From Octopus sinensis (lineage: Eukaryota), in contig NC_042997.1 in assembly GCF_006345805.1 (NCBI RefSeq), positions 176,452,001 through 176,516,000 of the forward strand: 64,000 nt of DNA, given 5' to 3'. Below are positions 37,382 to 51,412 of the stretch, in pieces. The position numbers were made by a program, and so were the translations under genes. The number at the start of each line of letters is the position of its first letter. Within the stretch, counting starts at the first letter, position 1. Under the pieces are notes generated by a model that did no database searches, was not told the origin of the DNA, and was given only the letters and a program-made list of their open reading frames with translations.

Positions 37382-37520
37382 TGGTGCAGGTGTGGCTGTG
37401 TGGTTAAGTTTGCTTCCCTACCATAAGCTCTTGAGTTCAGTCCCACTGTTTGGCACCTTTACAAGTGTTTTCTTCTATAGCTTCAGGCCAATCAAAGTCC
37501 TGTGAGTGAATTTTGACTGA
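37382..37520 (+). mobile_element. CORE-type SINE head
   Basis: GGTGCAGGTGTGGCTGTGTGGTTAAG..GAGTTCAGTCCCACTG..GGCACC. Confidence 0.75.
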
Positions 37521-38210
37521 TGAGTGCACAAGTTAAATTAGCAGAAGAGAAAAAACTAAAGTAATATAGATTATGCTATGCTGAAGAAAGAGAAGCTGTT
37601 CTTCATTATTTCAACATGGAAGGCAACAGATACCAATATGAATGAGCTTAAGGTTCAGTGTTTTTTATATGTTGCCAGATCAGTGCTTGACTACTTTTTT
37701 CCTCCAGTGAAACTGGATCTCCTGAAAGTTTTTTTTATCAAAAAAGCTAATTCATTGGGATTGTCCATATCACCAATTTGTTATATATTTGTAGATCTTA
37801 TTTAATAGTAACATTTATTGAATCTCAGAATTTGGCTATTTTAATAAAGCTATATTGATTGAGGCAGAAAACCAGAAATTTTTGTTCTTAATCAGTTATA
37901 ACTGAAGTGTATGTACAGTGACATATTTATATTTTAACTAGTCAATGGGAAGATATATTAAACATTAGCATTATTTAAAAAAAAAAGATTTCCTACTTAA
38001 GTGGAAGGACCTACATTCATACCAGAAGGGAATGAATGAAGTGTTCGTCTTTATTGATAGGAATAGTATAAAGAAATGAAAGAAAATGCATGGCCAATAT
38101 TTTTATAACTGGCTTTATTGAAGTATATATGTAAAAGATAAAAGAAATGGAGAGAATGATCTTTGTTTTTCTTTTTTTTTTGTGACTATTTCTCCTTAAC
38201 ACCAATCTAG

Positions 38211-38385
38211 GTATGTTTGTTGTGTCTTCTGGTCACACAGATCCAGTAGGTGTCTTCAATACTTTGTCACAACAACAGAGCCAACAGCATAATCAATTTC
38301 CTAACAAACTGCCTAAATGGTTCTGTCCAAATATTCTAAAGTACTATGTGTTATTACATGATGTTGTGGAAGGAGAACAAGCAAA
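38211..38385 (+). CDS. TRAPPC8: TRAPPC8 coding exon 4 (175 nt, phase 1-2)
   Basis: Encodes (C)MFVVSSGHTDPVGVFNTLSQQQSQQHNQFPNKLPKWFCPNILKYYVLLHDVVEGEQA(K), containing the conserved PKWF.PN.LKYYVLLHDV. Donor AA|GTGAGT. Confidence 0.95.
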
Positions 38386-39159
38386 GTGAGTATCCTATCA
38401 ATTCGTTTTTTTTTATCTGTTATGTGTGGAAAGAAGAGCTGTTAGGTAGGCATGTGGGAACATCTCTCATTTGGGAAATCTGCTAACACAGAAATGTTAA
38501 TCTTATTGTAAGACCACTTGGATTCATGGTACTTGTATTTAACTAGTTTCATTAATGACAAGGAGGTGAGAAATATTCTCTTGGATAGAATGCTATTCTA
38601 TCACATGTAGCTTTCCCAGTGAACTTTCTCCATCTAGGTAAACTAGATGAATTGTTTTCCTGGACACATCAAAATATTTACAGTAGATATGAATTTATTT
38701 GTAAGTCAGTATGTTATTGTTTTATTCAGATTTTCTAAATGTTTACAGCAGATTGGACTCTGCTAAGGACACCCAAAGACCAGATAGTAGTGTTAAATCA
38801 GATGACAGATTAAGTCTACTACTCAAGAATAGGTTCAGTCCATTTGACAGGCTGCTGTGCAAATTCTGTATACTCAACTCTCTAGATTCGGGTCAGCTCG
38901 GGGCTATTGTAGAAGGCATTTGCCCAAGTAAATCTTAATAGTACCAACATTGGTGAGGTCACCAAGAACCTGCTAGACCTCACCTGAGTAGAGTATAGTA
39001 TTGAGGGAAAATGCTATAATCTGAAAACAAGAAGTTACCAATGGAGCAAGCTTTAAATTATGAACCGTGTTAATGATGGTAGTGGTGGTGGTAGTAGTGG
39101 TTATAAATAGGCCATAAATGTTGGTGGGGGTTTGTTGATGATGGTAATAGTGGTCATGA

Positions 39160-39350
39160 TAATTTCTTTTATAGGCACAATACTAAATAACTAAATTAAC
39201 CCCTATACTTGACTGGTACTTTATTTTATCACTCCCAGAAGGATGAAAAGTAAAGTTGATCTTGGCAGGATTTAAACTCAGAATATAAAGAGACAAGAAA
39301 TACTGCTAGGTATATTATCTGATATTTTAGCAGCTTCACAAATCCATCAT
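39160..39350 (-). mobile_element. SINE, Meta-domain-like family
   Basis: GGTACTTTATTTTATCACTCCCAGAAGGATGAAAAGTAAAGTTGATCTTGGCAGGATTTAAACTCAGAA. Confidence 0.65.
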
Positions 39351-40081
39351 CATCGATGGTAAAACTTACATTATCTCTGTCATATTACTGAGAACTGGTC
39401 TTTGGATTTTATGAACTGTTCCTGGAGTAACATCTGTTAGCATTTTCTAGATCTTTAGACCTCAGAAAAATACAGTTAATTAATATTCATGCTGCCAGAA
39501 TATGATGGTATTGCAAGTGATAGATATCAACTGGCTCATTTTAATATTATGATAATAACAGATTATATTGTTTGAAAGACATTTGTACTGTTTGTATATA
39601 TCTGTGTATGTATGTGAACATAGTTATTTTATCTTGCATTGTTTGCTTAGAGATGTCAGGAATGAAAATATTTTGATAAATTATCCAACTGACAAATATT
39701 ATTTGTTGTTGTTTTATTGTTATAAGCTGAATCTATAGATTGTGCTTTGGCAAACTTTGAATTTAATATTTACTGCCTAAACTTTAAAATCTGCTGTTAA
39801 ACATTGCTTTCTTTTTTTTAATTTTCATAATTTTTTGTTGTATAAAATTTGAATTGATATGAATTTATTCATTTCCCTTTATTATTGTTGTTACTGCAAA
39901 ATCAGTAGTTTTAGTTATGCCAGAATCAGTTATTGATAAAATAACACCAGCAAAATACTCAAGTCTAATTAATTGTCTATAACATCAATCCTTGTTTTTT
40001 CTTATTTGCTTTGTTCCTTTGTTAGATTTCATTATCATCATCATTATTATTATTACCATTAATATTATTACTATCACAAAG

Positions 40082-40244
40082 GGCTGAGGCTGTCTACCAG
40101 AGCATGAAAACCACATTTGGTGCCCATCTATGCCATTTACTTCAAATAAATTCCCGTTCTGTGCAAACTGCAGAAACCTTCAAGAATGATCAAAATATGC
40201 CAGACCCATGGAGCCAATTTTTACATCGGGCACCTGAATCAAAT
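40082..40244 (+). CDS. TRAPPC8: TRAPPC8 coding exon 5 (163 nt, phase 2-0)
   Basis: Encodes (K)AEAVYQSMKTTFGAHLCHLLQINSRSVQTAETFKNDQNMPDPWSQFLHRAPESN, compared with human AESIYEEMKQKYGTQGCYLLKINSR...PDPWSQYL. Weak AAG acceptor; donor AAT|GTAAGT. Confidence 0.92.
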
Positions 40245-41761
40245 GTAAGTGTTCATTGTTATTTTTTACCTTATAATTTAGAAGTTCAGAATAGGTTAAT
40301 TTAAGACCTTGCTAAAAGAAAACCTAAAAGTTATTTAATACGGTGTTATTTAAAATTCTTGAAAAGTTTCTTAATGCATGTAGCAGAATATTTTGAAATT
40401 ATATGTTCTCCTTTCAAGGATGAGTGTTTCTCTCAAAATTCTTCAAACTGAGTATTAGGTTTTTCTGAGTAAATATATCTCTGCTGAGTGAAGCTTTTGG
40501 ATTTTTTTCCTATTAAGTGTGTGTTTGTGTATACATACAGACCTTTGTTACATTTTCACCAATATCCAAATAAATTTTAACATAGCTCATCTGTTTGGCT
40601 TATGCTTTTTCATTTCCAAGACAATTTTATGTACTTGTTTTTTATCTTCACCTTAAAATCACTCAGAGTAATAATAGATGGATGTTTTTAAAACCTTGTT
40701 TTTTTTAATAATATATACATATATTTATGAATGTGTATATGTTTATGCATACATAAATATACACTTAATCATTTTGAAATGTCCAAAAAGTTTTCTTTCT
40801 AAGGTAATAACCATGTTATTTATATTGATAAAATTCTTATTACACTGCCATGGTTTAGGGAGTTAGTAGATATGCAATTAGTAACATTTCTTGTGTAATA
40901 TAAGTATTTACATTACATACATACTGACATCTATACAGTGAACAACAATAACATTAATATTATTAAAAGAAATTCAGGACTGTTCTTTTCAAATGAGTTA
41001 GTGTATTTCAAAAATATTATGTCTTTAGAATAGTAAACATTTAAAAAAAAATAATAAATATAAGAACTACTGTAAATATTCATAAGAATGCTAATTAGCT
41101 TAATTCCTTAGCTTAAATGTAACCAAACAATAGTTTCAGTTCCTGAACGCTATATGATTTGAGAAAAGATTAAAAAAGAATTGCTAATTGTTGTATAATT
41201 TTTATACATTCTTAATTATTCAGCTGAATTAAAATCTTCAGTTATAATGTTAAGTGCATAATCATTTTGAAGGGATACTTTGTTCTAATACTAATAATCT
41301 TATAGGTTACTGAAATATGCACATAAAAATACATGCAGTGTGTGTGTATGTGCAATGTGGAGTATGCAGAGAGAATAATTCTTTTTGTACATTATGCTGG
41401 ACATGTTTTACTCTGTTGGGGTGAATTATATGACATGCTTTCTTAAATAGTGAGTTGTTGGAGTGAGTGAATGTAGCTATTGAAGATGATTGTTGTAGCT
41501 AGTTACAGATTCATCACCTACTTTCACCATGCTGAAATACAGATGATTTGTTTTAGAAACAGGTTTGTTGTCAAAAATTATGTGCAAATTCGGAATAGTC
41601 TTCCTGTTGAAACCGAAAACTGTATGTAAAAAAATGCTTTCCTTGTATAATTATACATCTACAAATATATATATAATTTTCAGCAGTTACCAGCTGATAA
41701 TAATGTACTGAAACAATTTGAAATAAAGCCTGTCCATTCCCCCTTATATAAAAATTCTTAG

Positions 41762-42405
41762 ACACACACATTCACTCATGCACACACTCACACACACATG
41801 CACATTCACAGACACATGCACATACACACACTAACACATGCACACTCTAACACACTCACGCTGTAAAACACATACATGCTCTAAAACACATACACACACT
41901 CCAAAACACAGTTATACATAGTTACATACACTACAGTTACACACACAGAGAAACTTACATGCATGCATGCACACACTGACACGCACACAGACACACTTGC
42001 ACACACTCTCCAGCACATGCATGCACACTTGTGCATACATTCACACAAACATGCACTTGTGCACACAAGCACTTGCATACACTCACATTTGCATGCACAC
42101 TTGCGGAAAGACAAGCAGTTGTGTGCACACATACTTGCACACACACACATGCGTGCACATGCACACACGTTTGCACACACACACAGTTGCACATGCACAC
42201 ACACATTTGCATGTACACACCGACTTGCACATATACACACAAGTGCTTGCATGCACACACATGCTTGCACACACACACACATACACACTTGCACACACAC
42301 ACACACACATGCTTTCACACACACCCACTTGCACACACATGCTTTCACACACACACACTTGCACTTACACACACACACATACACGCTTACACATACACAT
42401 ACACG
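41762..42405. repeat. Degenerate (CA)-rich microsatellite/minisatellite (CACACATGCA-type)
   Basis: Read directly. Confidence 0.9.
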
Positions 42406-42879
42406 ATTGCTGAATCTGAAGGAAGAGGCAGTACTTTTGGCTTTGCAAGATTTGCAAGACTGCTGGGAATGTTTCGCTTCAACTTTTATGAAAGAGATGG
42501 ACAAGGTGGGAATTTGAGAGGGTCAGTATTCTGAGAAGAAAGGACTGAGTGCAGGTCTTAGTCTGGGGCCTGGGAAGTTGGTTGGAGACAAAAAGAGTGA
42601 TGAGAGGAAAAACAAATAAATGGGAATGTCTGAGTGGAAGTCATTTGAGCCTAGTCAGCTTCAATTATAATTAGTTGTAAGAAAGGTAGAGAGAGGAGAT
42701 GGCATGCTTGTTAGTGACTTTATGCATACACTATGTTACTGAGTAAACTGAAAACAATTGGTGCTTTACAAGTGAAGTTCCTTTTGATGGGTTAAAATTT
42801 TCTTTGTCACTCTTGTCATGACATGCAGAGAAATCAAAGATTGGTGAACTGGAATGTTGTAACCAATTATTAACAAATT

Positions 42880-43192
42880 CGGTGGCATGTAAAAAGCACC
42901 ATCCGAATCGTGGCCGAAGCCAGTGCCGCCTCGACTGGCTTCCGTGCAGGTGGCACGTAAAATGCATCAATCCGACCGTGGCCGATGCCAGCCTTGCCTG
43001 GCACCAGTGCAGGTGGCATGTAAAAAGCACCCACTACACTCACGGAGTGGTTGGCGTTAGGAAGGGCATCCAGCTGTAGAAACATTGCCAGATAAGACCG
43101 GAGCCTGGTGCAGCCTTCTGGTTTCCCAGATCCCCGGTCGAACCGTCCAACCCATGCTAGCATGGAGAACGGACGTTAAACGATGATGATGA
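42880..43192 (+). mobile_element. RTE LINE 3' UTR-only copy, young
   Basis: Three GGTGGCA(C/T)GTAAAAAGCACC subrepeats, CpGs intact, tail CGGACGTTAAACGATGATGATG. Confidence 0.9.
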
Positions 43193-44698
43193 AAGCATAA
43201 TCCCTTTAGAACTATGCAGCAAATACAATACTTTTTTGAATATGTAAATTTATTTACCACATTTGAAGCAATTAGTTTGTCATCTATGAGATCACTTCAT
43301 TAAGAGTTTACTGATCTTCAAATTTCTTACTTTCAAGTTGCTTATCTTTGACTGATTAAAAATAATATACTGCAGCTTTTTAACCATAAGTGACAAAAAA
43401 TTATGATGGCTCTTATTTTTATGACATTATGTACATGATATAAGAAACCCTAATTGAAAATTGAGCACTACTTCATGTATTTAAATGTGAGTTGTCAACA
43501 GTTATGTACATCATAGCCTATATTAGATATTTGCAGACACAGTCATAGTTTATTCATTCAAAGATGAAGCTTTCTTGTTGCTATTCTAAGTTTCCTATTT
43601 CAGTTCTTCATTATGGAAATAGAGAAACAGAGTGAAGCATGAGTTTTGATGATTACACAATATTTTGAATTTAGTTGTAAAAACATTAGTGTTGAATGCA
43701 TGCTTACAAGAAAGTGTGTATAGTCTCTTATGTGTATGTGTTGGTTTAATCATGTAAATCATTAATTCCTTATTTTCATGCCGGTATCCATGTTGATATA
43801 GGTAATCTTCAGAGATTGTGAAGATGAGATAAGCATATCTCTCTCTCTTTGCACTCACTGTTCATTGTCCAGACTGATATTGAACTGGATATCTGAGGAA
43901 TCCAATGCAAGATCTAATGGTCTGTTTACCAACTTATGTAACTGATATTTGAGTGTATATGTGTTGGATTGACTTCTGTATCATATCTTGTTTGAAAGGA
44001 CTTTTTAGTTGTCCAAGAATAAGCATTAGCAACAGTCTGTCATTCAGAAACTAGATATATCAAGCCATTGATGGACACATCACATTGCTGAGGGAAATTG
44101 AATTCATTAACAACTGCATGAAAATGTCTATTACAATATTTTGCCATGCAATTTTACAGAAAATATATACTATGCCAGTCTTTCTAACAGAAATATGATA
44201 GAAATTACAATGAAGTTGAATTCATCTACTTTGAAAGCAAGGAATGTTACTGGGAATAGTTAAATCAAAGCTTAAATAAAATTCAATCATAACTTCAACT
44301 GGAATTGTTATTGCCAAAAAATGCATACTGTTGTGAGAATCAGTTAATATACTGAACTGAATTTTGCATCAGAATGTGTGTAAAAGGAGAATCAAATGAA
44401 CCTTTGCAGCCTTGTTTTACACACATACACACATATATAGACAAACTTAGAGATAGATTTTGTGCAGGTGATTGTAGTATGCCCAATAAAGAAAGCACCC
44501 AATGTTATGAAGAGAGTAGGGACACTTAGGAGTTATCCTCTGCTTACAACATGGCAAGATATTGGGATTGTCATCTCTTCAGAGAAGACTCTTAGAAGAT
44601 GAGTTGTAACATTAGGACATGCAAGAAGACAAACACTGTATAGAAATTTATATACTTATTTGTTGGTGTTGCATTCATCATCTTTATAATGTTATTCT

Positions 44699-44729
<31 letters not shown>

Positions 44730-47700
44730 GCACAAAACATATTCCAGCAGTACTGTTAAAAGATGTTGAATAATTCAAAAAGTTGTACAGTACAGATTTG
44801 TTACAATTTATTTTAATCAATTTTTATACTGGTTTATATAAATGATATACTGATATTTCAACATAAAATGTCCGTTTCTTAGCTTAAAAATGTTTTATTC
44901 AAGACTTGAGATGTCCTCTATACTTTAATCTGTTGTTAAAATCATTCTATAATGTTTGTACTTTTTCGTCCAACAACTTTTATTGATCTCAGAAAGAGGG
45001 AGATTTTTAAAAATTCTTAATCAGAAAAGTTGCTAAATTAATAAAGTGCTTAGGCTATACTACGAATTTAATGACACTGAAGTCCAAAGAACATTTGAAA
45101 TTGTGACTTGTGAATTTTTCAAGCTGAGTCATGACATTTTATGTTGGAATATCAGTTATGTAAACAATTTTTGATAATGGTGTGAATAAAGTAAATTGTA
45201 ATAAATCTGGTCGTATGGCTTTCTGAATTCATTTAACATACACTCACAAACATATACATAGACATGTTCACACATGTACTGTTCCATTTGATTACATCAG
45301 TAAATAATTTTGAAGTTGGTACACCATATAGAAAGAATAGAAAAGCTTCCTTGCATTCAGTCCATATGCATTTAAAATAAAATATATACAAAGACTTTCT
45401 AAAATCTGTTTTATTCTGTTTCTTGCTATTTGAACACTAACAAAAGCTTTGCGTGGTTACACAAAAAAGAAACACATCAACATGCATAGATATTCATTGT
45501 ATTTCATCCTCTCATTCTCCTTGTATTATATTTCATTGAAGTTCTAACTTTATGGTTTGAATGTGTGTGAGTGAGATTTTTTTTATTTTTTTTATGCAAT
45601 CATATGCTTTTGTTATTGTTTACCAGTTATATTGGAAAATCAGCACTAACCTCTCATTTTTCTTCAAAACCATCTAAATTCATTACACTCATGCAGTTTG
45701 TTACATTCAACAGGTCATCTCTCCACTTGCTGAAAAGGTATTTGCTTTTGCTGTTTTGCTGCTAGATCCTAAGGTTTTGAAGCCCAGTACAGCAGTTGGA
45801 TATTTCTCTTGTATGCCTAGTTAGAAGCAGCTAATGCACTGTAAAGATTATTTTATTTTATTTTTTAACCTTAGGTAGATAAAAAAGAAAGCTGTATTAA
45901 GTTAACTGTACATAATTAAAAAACTTTGATTTACTATATTATTATAAAATAAAGTAAAATATAGAGAAAACCACATTGTTTTAAATTATCAAATATTTTG
46001 AAAATAAGTTAATAACCAATGCTACACAAAAGAATTTTTGCAATATAAGGAAATATAAATAAATTGTCTTTAATATTAATTGTTACAAGAATTTTCAAAA
46101 TACTTCTGTTTCTATTGATCAGGAACATAATTTTAGTTTCAGTGAATAACTTCTTAGATAACATACCTGCATCCACTTCATATAGGATTGAAATCACAAA
46201 TCATATTGCAATTGAGGGTTCAAAGTTTTTACAGAAATGTCAAGATTTAATTTTAAAAAATCACCCAGAATATAGCAAGGGTCCTTTTTATATTCTCAGA
46301 ATATTCTCAGTATTATAACACTATCTGTATTTCTTTGCTTCTTCAAATCTACATAATGGTTCCTTTCATGAATGGTAGAAACTTCATTCTGTAGTTCCTA
46401 ATGATTTACATTTTTGCTCTTCACCTGTCTTGTCATTTCTGATGTTGCTACTTGCTATTGAGATTGTACTTATTTTTTTCCTTTTTTATCCTAAGAGGTT
46501 GGTTATTTTTTTTTCTTTACATTTCAAAATACAGATATAGCACAAATAACAGTACAATATGAAATCAATATTCTATACTCAGTTGTTTGTAGTGTTTTGA
46601 ATTAGGTTATTTAGAAATTCTGTTGACAAAAGTATGTTCAGATACAGCTGAAGATCTACAAAGTGTAAAAAGGCCAAATGTATTGTCTAGGCAGCTGAAT
46701 AAAATCTTGGATTTGTCTGTTATATCAGGAATATGAAATTTTTGTTGTGTTGATGTTAAACGCTAGAAAACATTGATAGACTTATAGGCTTAAAGGAAAT
46801 TATATCAGTAGAACTAAAGATAGTCTTATCAGGATGGAAAGAGCAATACAATATTAACTAATGTAGAGAGCAGTAAAAAGTCATTATGAAGTATCAGTGA
46901 ACTCAGTCATTTATGCTTTGTTCTAGAGCATTAGTGCAATAAACAAAACAGTTCCAACTGAGAAGTAAAATCATACTAAACTTGGTTTATTGAAAAATTG
47001 CTTCTGCACTTCATTCTTACAAAAACAAAAACTTCAAAAAGAGTACCTCATAGTATCTCTTGAATAATGAATTTAGGTATTTTCAACTTCTCTAACGAGA
47101 TGAACAAACCATAAAATACATTATATTTTCAATTTATTCTATCATCAATTTTCTTAATTTAATATTGAAGTATGCTTCTGGTTGTTCTTGTCATTAGTGA
47201 GCTCTTTTTCTCAGGTACATTTCACCAATATAGGTTTTGTTTCTTTATAAAATGTCAGTTTAAAGTGGACTGCAAATGTTGGCTAGTTCTATAGATTTAT
47301 TATTTTGTTTTTATTACTAAAGTTCTATACTTTAGTCAAGGAAAAGTTCTTTTACCTTGTATGTTTTGTTTTTCAATCATAATTAATCCTTATATCTTGT
47401 AATTCATCCAATAATGTTTATTTTTCTTAAAATATTTATAGTGAAACAATCTTTTTAAAATAAGTTAAAATGAATCTCATTAGTTTACAATTATCTCTTG
47501 ATATAACGACCAACAATTATAACTCCATAACCAAATTCCTAAAATACCACTTACTATTTTAAAGCTAATCTTTTAAAATTACCAATTTCTCTTCAAGAGA
47601 TTCTAATAATAATAATAAAAAAAAAAAGTATCTTATTTGTATGTCATGTAGATGATTAAAAAAAACTGTGCTCAACCATTTCACTGAAAAGGTTCTATCT

Positions 47701-50700
47701 TCTATAAACTTGAATATGAAACCTCTTAAATAATTTAGAACAAAGGATTATTTAACAAAAAAAAAGTCTTAAAATATATACTCTATTTTTATATGAAGTT
47801 AAAACTGCAAATTATATGAAATAATACAGGCTGATGGTTTGTAATTTTACATTGTATTCAGTATTTCTCTGAAGTAGCTCACAACACCATTTCTCTGAAT
47901 ATTTCCTGAAGGGGTTCTAACCCTGAAATATTGAAATATAGTGTAAAATTACAAACCATCAACCTGTATTATTTCTTATAACTTACTTTATTTTTGCTCT
48001 ATAAATTTAAAAAAAAAACAAAAAAAACAGCTATACTAATACAATACTCTGTTTATTTTTCTAAGATACTTCATTAAATGACTAGTATAATAATTTGTAT
48101 CTTGAAAAAGTCATTAAGAAACTTTCTGATTTAAAGCAGTTTTAAGTTGTCTGTTGGTATATACTAGAAAACTGTTTATTTGTTTTGCTGCTTTTATAAC
48201 TGTATGTCATGATGAAAGTCTTTAGAAGGTTAGTTTAAATCAGGGTTATTGAGACAATGCATGAGACAATATCTTCTGATTAATAAATCAGTTTATAAAT
48301 AACTATAAATGCACTCCGAAAAATGAAGTGTTATTTAAATTAACCCAATTTTCATATAATTTGTTGATTCGCAGTTCTTTCACCATACACTACATGTTAT
48401 AAAAAATTTGAAAATACTACTTTGGCAAAAGAACTGGAATATGCAGATGTATTTTGAGTTAATATTTACTATTTTTCTCTCTCTCTTGTCTCAGTTTCCC
48501 TTGCTTATTGAACATTTATTCAATAATATTTGCTTTTTTTCAGATTTTTAGAAATAAGCTGATTTGTTTTAACTGTGCTTGAGCTTTATACATATTTATA
48601 CATTTCATAAAGGTTGAGAATAGTCTTATTGTCAAGCAAAGTAAACTAACTGGTTATTGGCTTTCTAATTTTTCCTTACTTTCTTTTCTTTATGTGGAGA
48701 TTTTTGTTTTGCGGGTGTTTTTGTTTTCTTTTTTTCTTTCTTTTAGCAAGTATAATTTTAAATTTTACTTTTTTTTTTTTACTATTGAATGTATTACTTT
48801 CTGAATGTCATTCCATCACTTTTCATACTATATTTTTGTTTCCTCATTAACTCAGGCGATTATTAATAGCAGATAAGAAAAGCACTGGTCATTTCCCATG
48901 TGTTGACCTTTGTTGAAGCCTGTTTCTCAATGCTTTATTAATATACACTGATGATCTGACAGAAACTAGTCAGTTTTCTGTAACATAAGTAGCTTTATCA
49001 TAAATATACATCTATATTTACATATCCAATTTATCTTGTGAGTGTTGTAGAACAGAAGGTTAACTCATAGCAGGCTGACTATGAAACCTGGATTTGATTT
49101 CTGGTTGTAGCCAGCTCACTTTTTTTTAGATTACTAATGTCCTTGGATATTTTTTTCTTTCTTTCTTCCCCTCAATTTTAGATTTCCTATCTGCCCAAGG
49201 AAGGCATTAGAAAGTCATTTGAAAGTACAGTTTCTGAGACACTATGACAATTCATAGTTTTTGAAATACTTCACTGTATTCAATTAAAACTGTAGAATCT
49301 TTAGAAACTAGAGGTAGTTGGTGTTGGTAGTTATTGAGTATAAAAAGTTTGAAAAGTGGAATCAATTTTGTCATGAGGAAAAGAAGTTTAATGTATGGAT
49401 AAAACTCAATTGAGAGTTTTTGGACAAAACAGTAAACTTCTTTTCCTCATGATGAATAATTTCTTCCACTTAGTGAAGTTTTTGTATTTAGTATATTTAA
49501 TTTTCTTTCTTCCTTTTCAAATCAATAGCACCATAATGTTTGTTATTATTCAAGATATGGTTTCTGGATTAGAACCAACATTTTTAGCATTCATTGATTA
49601 TATACAGCAGTAAATATTTGATAATATTGGTTTAATTATAGTCAATAAATTAAATTACTAAAAGGCAAATTATTGTAATGTAAATTTAATGTTATATTCA
49701 GTATCATTATGTGAAATATATAGTTACTAAGTCATATCTGAACTTGAGAATATGACTATTCAACCTGTTAAACTGTATGTATGTGTGTGTATGCATGTAT
49801 TTAGTTTGATTTGAGAATTACATTTTTTTAGGCATACGCAGACATGTCTTATTTTGCTTCCTTATCAAAATATGGTTGGCAATTAGTCTCTGCATGATTT
49901 CCAATTTTTTCTTTAGCTTGTTATGAATTTTATCTCCATTTCAGCTTCAGCTACATTTACAATTGTTCTGTTCAAAGGACTGTTCGTTTTTTTTGTTAAT
50001 TTTCATCTTTTTCTCTTGCAGCTAAGTAATGAATTGCTAAAATGTTTTCAGATATGTGTATGTATGTGGTATGCATGTGTGTATGTACATCTATGTGTTT
50101 TGCTAATGGTTACTGAAGCTGACATTGACTCCTGAATCTTTGTCTTTGGATGGGTTTCATGCATCTTTATCTTTGTATGATATACTATTTTATTTTATAT
50201 ATTTTTTGCTTGTAAAGATGATGTAATTCATTTTTTTATAAAATGACAATGCGATATAATCAAACACTATAAGTATGACAGTGGCAACATAGGTTCCAAG
50301 GGAACCCAACTTTGGGTCAAGTAAGCAGGATAAAGAGGCCTCAGAATATGCATACATGTGCTATTCTTACTGTTTTGGAGGGAAGCTTCTACAGTGAATT
50401 ATCCTGTATTATATCAATGCTCTGCGTTCTCAGTCTCACATATCCTGTGAACCTTGTGAAACCTCTTTGTCTGCAAGATTCCAACTAAGGTAGAAATAAA
50501 TCTCAGAATCTACTATTTATTCATATTGTTCTTCAAGCAACATTTCTCTGGATATTTTCAACCCTCCTATATGTCCTGTATGACCAAATTATCTGGACTA
50601 TGTTTTAATTAGAAAACTTACAATCTCCACTTTGTTCCTTATAAGGATACTTTTATTGATAATCCTATCAGTTTGTACTTAATTACGGTAGACTGCAACT

Positions 50701-51224
50701 CTGTCCTTGATGAACTGTTGCCTTGTACCACTAAATCTACCTTAGTTTTGATGTTGTATTGTTCATGGTGTATTCATGAAGTTAAATTATCTACTAAACA
50801 TTGCTCTACATAGAACTTCAGCTATCAAAAGCTTCCATGTGCACAATGTACTGTTTGCACGCTCTTTGTGACAGTTCACATTGTGATATACTTGTATACA
50901 TACTGGCTTTTAATTTTGTTTGAAAACTGTTCTGGTTAAATCAAATTATATGTGCCATGTTATGCCTATATTATTCATGTAATTGATCTATTTGTATGTT
51001 CTCGAGTTGATTTGGTATTGGCACCACCAGCCTAGATACTAATTTTGTTAATATGGTGCTTTATAAGCCAAACCATTCTCCAACTCCTTTTTTATTGCTC
51101 TCTTATCAGATACATTGAGCAAGTGAGGTCACTATCTTGTCAAAGGAATTGTCACATAACAGGATATCCATGATTACTCAGCATTGGCACTTGTCTGCAT
51201 GTAACATTTTATCAAAGATTTTTC

Positions 51225-51412
51225 TAAGCAGAGCCATAGGCTCATAAGGCTAGTTTCCTGGATTCTGTGATGTATATATATTTCCCCCTTGGATGGGACA
51301 CTAGTCCATCATAGAATAACTCACTTTTGCCAGCTGAATGCACTTGAGTAATGTGAGACGAAGTGTTTTTCTCAAACACAATGTATCTCCTGGTCCAGTA
51401 ATTGAAACCGCA
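51225..51412 (-). mobile_element. SINE with V-domain-like segment
   Basis: The minus strand carries GATGGACTAGTGTCCCATCCAAGGGGG, resembling V-SINE central domains (recalled). Single copy in the window. Confidence 0.4.

Larger units (their letters stand above)
36144..38210 (+). other. U12-type (minor spliceosome) GT-AG intron, TRAPPC8 intron 3, 2067 nt
   Basis: 5' splice site GTATCCTT (U12 consensus RTATCCTT). Branch site TCTCCTTAAC at 38191-38200 (consensus TTCCTTAAC), with the branch A about 11 nt from the terminal TAG. The flanking exons join in frame (T|GT = Cys). Confidence 0.9.

Noticed and set aside
46064-46318. 84-aa ORF in intron 5
   Set aside because: No splice signals or recognisable homology, and a composition typical of AT-rich random ORFs.
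48209-48279. C/D snoRNA-like ATGATGA...CTGA with TTGAGACAA, partly complementary to the 18S 5' end
   Set aside because: No terminal stem, the guide is interrupted and not adjacent to a D/D' box, and the context is AT-rich.
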